A stretch of DNA of 62,809 bases, filler included, from Bipalium vagum (lineage: Eukaryota): the NCBI GenBank assembly GCA_037834085.1. It is 3 parts of 3 records of this genome, joined end to end, with 100 filler letters (N's around TTAATTAATTAA, not from the genome) between each part and the next. Parts side by side here need not be neighbours in the genome. Positions count along the whole stretch, not along the records: positions 40,607 to 62,809 come from JBBMKC010225553.1; 2 more parts are not named here. One strand, written 5' to 3'. Within the stretch, counting starts at the first letter, position 1; every line of letters starts with the position of its first letter. The notes below the pieces were generated by a model that saw nothing but the letters and a program-made list of their open reading frames with translations, did not search any database and was not told the origin of the DNA. Below are positions 47,579 through 59,580 of the stretch, piece by piece. The position numbers and the translations under genes were made by a program.

Positions 47579-48319
47579 CTTGAAACTGTTATTGAAAACT
47601 GAAATCTTAATTATTCTAATTAGTTCATTTAAAGAAATTTGAAGACAGTTGAAAAAATCTTTGTTAAAATGATATATGACAAAATTTTGAGTTAAATTTA
47701 AATGTTAAATTTACCTAAAACAATTATATCTTTAAATTCTTTCTCATGTCAAATTAGTTTTTATAAATAATAATTTTAAAAGGTTGATTAAAAATAAATA
47801 TTTCTTATAATAAAATTAAATTACAATAATTAACTATACAGCTCATTGTTATAAAATTAATTGAAAGAATATTAAAATTATTTAAACTATATAGTGTAAA
47901 TAATAACAATATTTATAAATATTAGTAAATTATTTGACTTACTAAATTCTTTGCTATATTTTATATTTTCTTTTATTAATATATTAATATTATTTGTTTT
48001 TAAATATTTAATTAAATACAAAGTTTTGAACTTCTCTGTGTAAATCTTGTTTGCTTACAAGTTGGCCTTATTCAAAGCCATTAAAACATTTTAAAAACCT
48101 AGCCTGATAATTCTCATATTATCAATATCTCAAGTTTCGATGATTAAAATCATATTTTCCCTTCATTACTCAAAAATGTCAATGGTAACATACTCAAACC
48201 TGTGCTTCTTTCCTATAACATCACGCAAAAATAAGATGTAACCGGAATAATTTATTCTTTGTTGTCATAATTCATTGTATCAGAATGTTTTAGTATCATA
48301 ATTTTTGGATATCGAACAA

Positions 48320-48358
<39 letters not shown>

Positions 48359-48617
48359 TTTTGGTTAACCAAGGGTACATACCTTTTAACTCTCTTAGAA
48401 ATTATTATTTGAGGACCGCTAAAGGGTCAAGATTATTTATAATAATTATACATTACTTATTAAGACTACTAAAGGGTCAGAATTTAATAATAATTTAATC
48501 ATAATAGTAATTATTATTTACACTTATACAATAATTATAATTTTACAATAGTTATAAAGTAAAAATATTATTAATAATATTAATATTAATATTAAAATAT
48601 TTTTATCAAAAAATGAT

Positions 48618-49410
48618 CTAATCTCGACTACGACCAAACAAGATTAGATCAAGGAGGGACCGATTTGGGAATAAGTAATCAAAAGAGGAATTGACATTCT
48701 CCATTAGGAAAACTGATTTGCGGCTGATTAGTCGTCTGACCAATATAAAAGAAATTGGAATCAGCAGTGGATGACCACAAAAAACAAGAGAGACTAGGCA
48801 ACATTGCAAAATTGTCGAAGATTCAGAGGAAAGTAATTGTCAGAAGATAAAGAAGAATTAAAGGAGCAATTATTCGCTGGAAGATAAAGAAGAATACTAG
48901 AACCTATTGTCGGAAGAATAAGAAGAAATTAATAGTCAGAAAATAAAGAGAATTCAGTGTCAGAAGCTTTTTAAAGAGAATCTCAAGCTGGTATCATTTA
49001 TGCCCAATTTATGCCAATGATGGGTCCTGGGCTGCTGGAGTGTTTTTGAGCGAACCGAATCGGGCTTAGCAAACGAATTTTCGGACCCATCGTCTACAGG
49101 ATTAATGAGACCTATATTGAATTGTTTTATTAACTTTTTTATAATTTCTATTAACAATTAACATTAACTTTATTAATTATTGATCTCTTTTGAACTTTTG
49201 TTGATTTTGACATTAATTAATTTAATTGTTTCGTTTTTTATTTTTAACATTATTGACTATTTGAAACATTTCAGGTTATGGTATTGTGTGATCGCTTTTG
49301 TAATTAGGATTGAAATAATAAAGTTTTATTGTAGTTGTTTGATTCATTTATTTGTGAACACGTATGGACAAAGATGAAGGAGTAAGTAAAGTTTACCAGC
49401 TGTGTTTTTT
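48618..49410 (+). mobile_element. LTR-like interspersed repeat (family A) with internal degenerate tandem repeats
   Basis: 3' half is homologous to 2129-2535 (inverted). 48810-48970 has about six degenerate TGTC(A/G)GAAGA(T)AAAGAAGAA units. Confidence 0.5.
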
Positions 49411-49912
49411 TTATAGATTTTTATAGAAATTTAATAGCCTAAAAATGATAATAATCAAACCATCATACCAATCAATTCCATCAAATCCAAAACATTGATT
49501 TCTGGACAAAAACATTGTACCTTGATCCTTTGATGCTGATAAAAACATTTGTTATTATGCTTGTTTAGTTTTATTCATCGATTTTATTGTAAATTTAGAA
49601 CCTGTAGAGACCTAAAATCCTTTTATCCTTCTTTCTTGTGTTAAAATAATTATCAAATAAAATACTAAACATTAAAATAAATAAAAATAAAATATAAAAA
49701 TTATTATTTTAACTATAATTAATTATAAAGTAATCATTTCGATGGTTAATTCTGAAAAAAAAGTAGGAAAAAATAAATCAGTAAAATAAAGTTATGAAAA
49801 ATAATTATTTGACTTTATTTTTTCAATAAGTTATTTTAAAAAATTTATTTATTCTTAAGTTATAAATTTATAAAGTTAAATTTATAAAATTCTATTCACT
49901 TATTTTTACAGA

Positions 49913-50575
49913 ATGATTGAAGAAAAAGCACTAATTCTGATCCTATGATGTCATTATTGGAAAAAAGGTCTATCAGGTGCAGCTGTGACTAGAGAAATTT
50001 TTGAGGTGGAAGGCAAGATAAATAAACTCAAGGAAAATACTGTTCAGTGGTGGTTTCGTTGCTTTAATCAGGGAGATACCGATCTTGAAGATAAGAAATG
50101 TTCAGGTCGACCATCTGTGATAAACAAGGAAGAGTTTTGTGTCCTAATAGATTAAACAGCCCAGTACAAGCACCCGAAGGCTGTAAGAAGAGTTCAAATT
50201 CTCAAAGCACCTTCGTTCGTCATTTACATAACATTGGTTTTGTAAATAAAAATCTACTCCGAGTTCTCCACAAATTGACAGAGTTGATCTTTGTCACGAA
50301 TTACTACAGAATCACAAAGACAAATGCTTTTGGAGGTGCATTATTTCAGGAGATAAAAAGTGTGTTTTCTTCCGTAATCCTAGTAGAGATAAGCTGTGGC
50401 TTCCACCTGGTCAGCCAACTCAGCAAGTAGTTTCACCAGATCGCTTTGAAAGAAAGTGATGTGCGTTTAGTGAAATTATGAAGGGCCTGTGCACTGGGAA
50501 CTTGTTCCGGAGAGTCTAGCTATCGATGATAACCTTTATGCTGAACAACTACAGGGAGTTCATGAAGAAGAGCTA
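49913..50575 (+). mobile_element. Degenerate mariner transposase, 3'-truncated
   Basis: MIEEKALILIL*CHYWKKGLSGAAVTREIFEVEG..ENTVQWWFRCFNQGDTDLEDKKCSGRPS and later NYEGPVHWELVP..YAEQL. Same family as 26742-28372. Confidence 0.85.
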
Positions 50576-52003
50576 GACCCAAGCAACACAGACAGTCTAA
50601 AAGAAAATAATAAACTAAATGAAGGACAAAAGATTTTTTAAAAAAATTTCTTTTATTAAAAAAAATCTTTAATCATACCAATACACATAATCATTTTCTG
50701 AAGAGTAGGTCATATTTTCAGGGTTATTCGAATTCTCTTGACTTCTTTGGTTCCACTTTTAGTTTTGCGCTCTTCTTCTAATTATAATAATAATTTTTAT
50801 ATTTTATTTATTATTTTTATATTTGATAATTATTTTAACATAAGAAAGAAAGATATAATGATTTTAGGTCTCTAAGAGTTCTAACTTTAACAATAAAAAC
50901 GATAAAAAAATACACAAAATTATATTTTTCTTGCACAATAAAATTGTTTTGATCAACGTTTCAATATACAATTTTTTTGTGAAGAAAACAATGTTTAGGA
51001 TTTGCAGAACTGTTTTGTTTGGTAATGGGAATCTCCACAAATTCATTGAGTTTGCTCACTCCTGGTCAGCGTTTGAGTATAAAAAGTAATATTAATTGGA
51101 AATAATATTAATAAAAGCATAAATAAAAATATATATTAAATTTGAATCACCACCTGTTATTAAATATCGTAGTGGATATTGTAATCGGTTATATTGTAGA
51201 TTTGAGTGTCGTTTGGTAACTTGGTAGTACGAATCTTCACGTACTTATAGCTTTTGAGTATAGCTTTTTATTAATTTTTAGTCTGTTTTTAAAAGAGTGC
51301 ATTTTGGCCAAAAAGAACCAGATAAAAAGAATCTCTTCTAGTGTCCTTGGTTCATTAAAACAAAATATATCTATTTTTCCATCGATTTCACCACTTTGTT
51401 TGATCGAAATGTAATTAAATAAAATTATTAATACTGCTTTTAAGTCTGACTCTCCACATAACTATTTGTCAATATTAAAATAACTGAAATTATTAACAAA
51501 TCTCTCATTAAAATCAGAGATACAGTGTTTTTTTCTTAATCATTTTTTTCATACAGACTTGTAGTCTAGGTTAGGATAGAAGACCATTTTTATTCTGAGG
51601 ACCTTTAGTTGGGGTAATAAGGGGTTACATTTTCTTCAGATATTATACACTACATATTTTGTTAGTCTTTATTTACTCTTTATGTTTTATTTAATTTGTT
51701 GGTCTCAGACCAGGATCTGAGTGTAATGTAACATTAATATTAAATTAAAAATCCCACTTTACAGCCAGAAAATGTTTATAATAACCTTTTACCCATGAAA
51801 TGTTTACAATTAACAATTATGATGATTTCAGATTCATATCAGATAATTGTAACGCTTAAAATTAAAAAAATATTTTTCAAATTTCAAATATTCTAAAATA
51901 AGAAAGAATTAAGTCGTATTTAATTGGCTGTCAGCACACAAAGGAAAATGATTTAAATAAATTCGACTAAGTATTGTTCAGTAATTTGTAAAACAGAAAA
52001 ATC

Positions 52004-52807
52004 ATGGATCAATATTTAGTCCAGTTTGATAATTTAGTCACCTTCGATAAAATTTGGAAGTATAATTATATTTTCTTTTTCAAAATATAATTACCATGTT
52101 ACAGACACAGTTTCGATGATCTCAAGAAAACTGCGGATCAAGATGAATTTACCATGTTAAAATATTCAAATAATTTAAAAGAGTCCCAAAACAATAGAGA
52201 TATTTATTCTCATCTGTTTGTCATTGATGGCAATATTCCATATAAGGACATCACAGATCCTATCGATGTCAAACTGAGTAAGAGATTATCAGATGCTGTA
52301 TTTGTACGTAATTTATCACAGGTTCCTCAAAGAAGTATTTCAGTCAATGGGACAAGGAAAATTTTTTATATAATTTACCAAAGACTGAAAATCGATCAAA
52401 TAATCAGAAAAATTCAAATTGTTACAAAATGAAAACCAGAATAAATCACAGAAATAAACCTCTAAATAAAGCAGCTGTACAAGTAATGGAAAAGTGGTAT
52501 ATGAAACATTACAATTATCCTTATCCGAACAATGAGGAAAAAGAAAAATTAGCACTGAAAGGATATATCTCTATTGCTCAAGTAGTTTATAAATGACATT
52601 ATCAGTTTAAAGAAAGTTCAATAGGTCAACTCGTGGTTTGCCAATCGTCGCAATAGAAGTGATAACACAAAGCCGAAAAACAATCGCAAATATCTCGAGG
52701 CCCATCTTAAGAAATTCGCTGAGGAACTGGAAGTCGAAAGTTATGGAACTCTGAAAGCACATTCAATTGCCAGTAGATTGACAGAAATTCTTAAAAAATA
52801 TAATTAA
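52004..52807 (+). CDS. Divergent TALE-class homeobox transcription factor, 4 exons, 223 aa
   Basis: Exons 52004-52059, 52105-52277, 52322-52581 and 52625-52807 (GT-AG introns of 45, 44 and 43 nt) join in frame. Homeodomain NHRNKPLNKAAVQVMEKWYMKHYNYPYPNNEEKEKLALKGYISIAQ|VNSWFANRRNRSDNTKP has the TALE PYP loop and WFxNxR. Confidence 0.92.
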
Positions 52808-53085
52808 TCACAAGAAGCTCAACTAAGATTAACTGGATATAGTTGTGAAAAAAATGTTTATTTTTTCAAATTAAGGATTCTCCTGATATGATGTATTGAA
52901 TTCTGAAAAATTAAATAAAATATACCAACATTAAATTTGTTATATAACGTTTTGAAGTTCAGAGTTAAACCAGTGTGCATGAATAAATGTTTGAGTTTTT
53001 CGTCTGAAATTTCGATTTGTGGTTCTTAAATTGGCTCATTTCACATGTTTTATTAATCAGGACCTTTGATCTTATATCACTGTAA

Positions 53086-53151
53086 GGTAATCATGAACAA
53101 TTCAAGGTCATTTCATTAAAAGTATGTCAAGCCAGATTGTTCATGATTACC
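53086..53151. mobile_element. 66-bp mini-MITE with 16-bp TIRs and 9-bp TSD (Merlin-like termini)
   Basis: GGTAATCATGAACAAT...ATTGTTCATGATTACC flanked by TCACTGTAA on both sides (53077-53085, 53152-53160). Confidence 0.82.
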
Positions 53152-54766
53152 TCACTGTAATTACTGTAGCATAAAAGTATTAGATTGATTTTTAATCAAA
53201 TTTCACTAAAAATTATGTTTTTGGATTACTCAAACTATTAAATAGTAATTAGTAACTTTAACAATTTGTAAATACAAAAATCATTTTATAAAAAAAATTT
53301 TGTATTTTTTATTATCTTAAAGATTTAAAATTTACTTCATTTTTAATTGTGTAGTGACCTTTTGAATTAATTTTTTTATTAATTAAAACTATTTATTTTA
53401 CATAGTTTTATATTAATATTGTACCTCAGACTGAAATCTTTATAGAGAAAATTCTTTAAACTATTCTCGTCAAAAATTTTCATAAACAGAATGTAGATGT
53501 TATTTATGTTATTTGTTTACTATGTTTTACATTTATTATTTTTATTCAAATCTATAATACTGAGTAAAAATGATTTACATAAAATAATGATTATAAAAGA
53601 TTCATTGTGAAATTACAAAAATTGGTTCATAAATTATTCTTATATTTAAAGAAAAATATTCTATAAAAATGTTATAGGTAAAGGTTACATTTCATACAAT
53701 ACAATCAAGATATTCAGAATAACAATAAAAAATTAATTTTATCACCTTTTCATTATTATATTTAATTCCATAAATATCAACTATTTGGGGTTTGCCTAAG
53801 ACAAATCCCTGTAAATTGTAAAGACCTCAAAAGAGTATGACTTATAATTACAATAAATCCCAATGATAATAAATAAATTCTATTAATAATATTTTAAATA
53901 ATAATTAATAAAGCACATAATAATAAAAATTTTAATAAGTGATAGGAAAAATATTCACTGTTCTACAACAGTTATAAAATAAGATTTGATTGTCTATTCT
54001 TAACAGCCAAAAATCTCCTTCGGAAAAACAAAGGGAAAGACTACATAAAACACAGACTCAGGAAAATAAAACACATTTCCTCATTGAAAGAAACGCACAT
54101 ATCTACATGAAAACACGAAAAGAACGGTGCTCAGAGAATCTCTAATTATTACCATTATTACTCGCCACGAAACCGATATTAATCAATATCATCCTCTGGA
54201 ATCAAATGTTTATTTAAAATTTTTTCTTCAATCTTATTAATTATGTTAGTCCAAAGACACAAGAGATTATTTTACTGATTACTAAACACAATAGTTGTAC
54301 TGATTGAAGTGAATAGGGGTTTTAATTTTAATCGTGTTTAAATTTAATTTAATACGTTTTAAAAAGAGATTATGATGAATATTTTTTTATAATTTCCCCT
54401 AATTTATTTTATTTCTGTAATTACTATAACATTAATCCTTAGGTAGGATCAATAAATGTAAAAGGAAAGATTGTTAAAAATCTATTATAAGCTTTATACT
54501 TTACATTATTTTAAAATTATGATAATGCTTTAGATTCGAATAAAAATAAAATAGATGAGAGAAATAAAATACATAAAGAATTTTATAAAACCTTACTGGA
54601 ATTTTCAAAATTGTTTTAATTCTCATTAGTAGGTAAGTGGGGGGTCTAGGTCGAACCCACGTACAAGAAAGAAAAACAAACAACGACATCAACGAAAACA
54701 CAGCGAAAAATTTCTCAAAAAATCATGATAAAAGTAGAGAAAAATCACTAGAAATCACGAAATATA

Positions 54767-56086
54767 CACAGCTGGACAAAAAAATGATGCTTACACAAAA
54801 TAAAATATTTTTATAAAAATGTTAAAATTGGTTAACATTTATTAAATTTTAAATATTTAAGCTATTGCATGTAATATTTATGAAATTTGGTGTTTTTGTT
54901 CTGTTTGTTTTATTAATTCAAGTTATAAATAAAATGAACAAGACACATTTAAATATCGAAACAAAAAATCGGATATGTGGCCTTTGTTACACAAAACTGT
55001 CATATCCTAAAACGCAGAATATTTTGAAGAAACATGGTATTCAAATTCCATTATCCACAACACAAAAAATTTGCTACCAGTTCAAGACAACAGGTTCTGT
55101 AAAAAGATAACCAGGCTCAGGCAGACCCAGAAAAATTACAAGTCGAGATAACAATAGACTGAAATTTGAGGTCATTAAAGATCGTAAGAAAACTATTAAA
55201 AAATTAGCTGAGGAATTCAAAAATGGAAATAATGAAATAGTTTCTCGAAAAACGATTGCAAGACGAGTCAAAGAATTAGGTTTTGCATCTATGCATTCTG
55301 CAAGGAAACCATTTTATTCAAAAAAGAATATTAAAGACAAATTAAATTTTTATAATCTTTGAGGTATGCATGATTCTCAGTGGTTCCAATATGTGTTCTG
55401 GAGGGATGAATGTCAATTTGAACTTCATAGTGATGCCCCTGAACGCTGTCTTTCAAGATCAACTGAAAATTATGTAATGGAATGTATTTCCACCTCAAAA
55501 AAACATGGCGCTGGGGGAATTATGGTTTGGGGAATATTCTCAGCATCTGGAGTTTGTAAGCTAATACGATTTACTGAGTCAATTAATGCCAAAGAGTACC
55601 AAAGGATATTAGATATTGGATTGCTTCCAAGCATCGAGAAGTTATGCACGGAAAATGAAAGACAGTATGTTATTTTCCAACAGGACAATGCAGCGGCACA
55701 CACAGACAAAACAACAAAAGCATGGTTGAAGAAAAAAGTGTACCGGTTATGTTTTGACCTGAACAATCGCCAGATTAATCCCATTGAGAATATATGGGCA
55801 TACATAAAGGCAAAACTAGCTGGGAAATATTTCAATACTCCTGACCAACTGCGGAAAGCAGTCAAGAAAGAATGGAAAATCATTAATACAGAACATTGTC
55901 AGAGACTATCATATAGCCTACCCAAACGGCTCAAGTTGCTTAAATTAGCTAAATGGAAATATATCTCTTATTAATATTTTTTATTTAGTTAATGATATAT
56001 TGTTTAAAATGTTTGTAAAATTGTTAAAATAAATGTTGTCATAATAAATGATATAAATTATGTAAGCCTCATTTTGGCCAGGTGTG
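54767..56086 (+). mobile_element. Full-length but inactivated Tc1-like transposon (1320 bp)
   Basis: Imperfect TIRs CACAGCTGGACAAAAAAATGATGCTTACA / TGTAAGCCTCATTTTGGCCAGGTGTG with TA on both sides. Transposase 54934-55974 with GSGRPRK, WRDE, KHGAGGIMVWG, FQQDNA and NPIENIW, interrupted by in-frame stops. Confidence 0.93.
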
Positions 56087-56174
56087 TAATACTGTAACTA
56101 CCTACAAATTTCATTCTACACAACCTGATATATCTTATAGAAATAAAATAAATTTCGTTTTAGTTTCGAATATA

Positions 56175-56976
56175 CAGGGTGTGTCAGCTATTTGAGGACA
56201 AAAATTGTTAAAATATATCATGATAATTTTTTTAGTAGCGCTAAAATTGATTTGCAATATTTATTAATACAACATTAAATAATTATTTTTAAATTTAAAA
56301 ATGGAAGAAATAACTTTTGAATTAACACAAGAAATAAAAAGGCATGTAGTTATTGCTACATTAATTTTGTTCAAAAAGTTCAGGATATTGTTCATGGAAG
56401 TCCCGGAACATCAATAAGAGAAATTTCCCATCAACTATCGGTTTCTGGGTCAACAGTAAGACAAACGGTACACAATGATTTAAAATGCAATTGTGTATCG
56501 GCAAAAAGCAAAAAAATCGTTTAATCCGCTCGAAGTTTCTTTTAAACAAAGTCAAGCAACCTGATCATCCAAATATGCTATGGTTCTTTTCTGATGAAAA
56601 ACATTTTACTCAAGATCAAAAAATTAATCGATGGCTGTGCTCCAGTGCTTCTGAGGTCAATAATGTTATGCACACCAAGTTCCCATCATCTTTAATGATA
56701 TTGAGTGTTGTGAGCAACGAAGATCATATTATGCCTCCGTATTTCTTTCCATAGGGACTTAGAATTAATACATCTTCTTATATCGATTGTCTGGATACAT
56801 ATGTGAAGCCTTGGATTGAAAAAGTTGCCCACGGAAGGCCTTATGTATTCCAAAAAGACTCAGCTCCCTGCCATACAGCATTAAAAACACATAAATGGCT
56901 ATCGCTAAATTTTAACGACCATGTCACTCCAAACTTTTAATATAAATTTTTGTCCTCAAATAGCTGACACACCCTG
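56175..56976 (+). mobile_element. Internally deleted maT/DD37D-like element with perfect 32-bp TIRs (802 bp)
   Basis: CAGGGTGTGTCAGCTATTTGAGGACAAAAATT at both ends with TA TSD. Peptide WFFSDEKHFTQDQK..NRWL..VMHTKFPSSLMILSVVSNE..MPPYFF..VKPWI..GRPYVFQKDSAPCHTA..WL..NF..TPNF, truncated before the third catalytic residue. Confidence 0.9.
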
Positions 56977-59580
56977 TACTTTTTAGTTATTTTGGTTGCT
57001 TTTAGTAAGTTATTTTTGCTTTTTTTTACTAATTGTTCATGATTTTTAATAATACTTTAGTAAATTTTTCTTTTTTTTTCTTGGGCTCGGTCTAGACTCT
57101 AAATTTTCCTACTAATATTCTGAAATCATAAAAAATATAATTTATAATTTTAAAAATAAAATACAAGATTACAAGTAATTTAAAACTTATCTCTGATATC
57201 AATTATACTTTCGTTAAACTTCGAAAGGTTATGATTAAACGGATCTATTTATTCACATTTTATTATTTTTGGTGATTACATTATACAAATAATAAAGTAT
57301 CTTTTAATGTGAACAATCATTTATATTTTAATAAATGAAGATATAAAAATAATAAATAAATGAAATTATTTATTCAAAACATCGTTTTCGATTCAAAATA
57401 TAAAAGGATACAAAAATAAATATCGTTAAATGTTTCCATAATTTTTATCTAAGTTGAAAATGAAGCTCTTGAAATAGAAAACGCTTTTTGAAGAATGAGG
57501 ATAAAATTAAGTGCGCTATTATAGAGTTAATTTTGTTTGAAAATCAAACATTTTATACAATGTCATTATGCAATTTTATTAAGTTAATTGTTAAGTAATT
57601 AAAGTTCATCAAAGGTGGATTAGTTTTCAATTCGTTATTACAAAAATGTCACTTTCGATCTAAAGAATTGCTAACGAAATATATAATAAGTTCCTTCAAC
57701 AATCATTATTTAACAAGTTATCAAGTAATAGGATGTTAACAAACCAAATTATTTTAATATTAAATCCAAAACTGAATAAAACCTTACTTTTATATATCAT
57801 TTTTTGGTAAAACCATTTTTAAAATCAATTTTATAATGCTGATATCGAATTTTTATAACAATTGATATTTTATTTGTTTAAACATCTCAATAATTAGAAT
57901 GTATTCATTCGGTATCAATTTGCACTTAATTCATCTATATAAATATTATTTTTTATAATATCTCAATAAAAAATTTTCTTAATAATGTCCAGTACCTTTT
58001 TCATTTGAACATTAAAAAATTAACATATTATAACAAAGAATTTTCAGACATTAATACTACAAGGAAAGAACAACAATAAAAATGTTTAAGTTGAGATTCA
58101 AGTATTGTTACACTCTTGAATAATCACTTGGTTTGAATTTAATTAAATATGAACACAAAGTGTGTTCAAATGTCACTGGAAAATGTCAAAATCCCAATTA
58201 TTATATAATTTCGATGATATATTTGAAAATATAATTCAAGAATTGATTCACCAATTTACACACACCTATTGTCAATGAAAAAAGGTTTTTAAATAACTGA
58301 TAGTAAATATATTTAACAGTAAATTGTTACAGACAACTTCGTTTAGAATGTATTACTTTGGAACGCATGTTTTATCCATTGTAAGGAACTATCCAGAGTG
58401 ACAGATTTTTCCAAGCTACAAGATCTAATGATATATCATTGAAGAACATTATTAATCTAAAGAAATATCGTGACTATATTTAATTGATTTCTAAACCTTT
58501 AAATTTACAAGAAATAATTGTATCAACATTTAAGAAGGAAAGGAATCAATTAATCAATTCAACATATAAGATATAAATTTATATATGGAAATGTTTATAA
58601 AATTTACTCAAACTGGAAAGGTTGATAGAACTGGACAGTTTGTTTTCGCAGCTCATTACTCAATCGTTAAATTGTAATATGATCTTAATCATTTTTACTT
58701 GTTCAATTTCCTTTTCGTTGTACGTCTTTATAATAAATATTATTATATGCTGAGTTTAATAGTAGATTTCATTACAAGAACATTATTGTCTTATGACTAA
58801 TGCAACCTGTTGTACAAAATTCGGTAAATATGATTATTTTTTCATTTAGTTTAGTAAAGAGAGTGGGCTTAGTGTGCAAAATTAAATAATATCTATTAGT
58901 TATTAGAGAATATCATTGATTTTCAAACAAATAAAAATTCATAGATTCACAAATTTGTCAAAGAGCGTAATTTCTTCAGCAAATCTTTCACAAGTTAATT
59001 TTCATAAAGAATAAAAATACAAAAATTTTTGAAAATATCAAAAACCAAATTATTTTTAAATTTTATTTGGTAAATCTTTCACAATACATATTTCAACAAT
59101 TTAAAAAAGAAACAAAAAATGATTAGACTATGTGCCTTAAGAATGGAAAAAATCCCAAAAGTACTTTTTAATTTAATGACATTGTTAAAAACGTGATTTC
59201 ACCACTTCTCAAATGTTCGTTGTAAATGACTGATAATTATGATTTTAATAATATCAATATTTCAAGATTTTCATGTTCACATCAGTTTTTAAAACAATAA
59301 AAATAATTATTTCACTTTTGTTTTGAAATTAACAAAAGATTATACTATAATTTCTAGAATAATATTGATTTTCTCCAAAAATTAAAGAAATCCTTGTTTC
59401 AAAAAACATTACCAAATTTTAAAAATGAATAAGAATTCCAGTATTAAAATTTATTTATCAAATCATTCACAGTAGAATTTTTACAATCAATTTAAAATAA
59501 TTATTAGATAAAACTGTAAGTGCTAAAGTTTTCTGATACAGGTAACGACGTTGCAGTTCGATAAGCAATTCCAAAATCTC

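Noticed and set aside
48810-48970. Spaced repeats superficially like a CRISPR array
   Set aside because: Eukaryotic context, degenerate units with irregular spacing, no cas genes. They lie inside an LTR-like repeat.
53082-53154. Hairpin as a pre-miRNA
   Set aside because: An exact 9-bp flanking duplication and GG..CC termini are better explained by a MITE insertion.
58260-58760. Exon-like minus-strand segments downstream of the aquaporin
   Set aside because: Could not be joined into a convincing reading frame and showed no recognisable domain.
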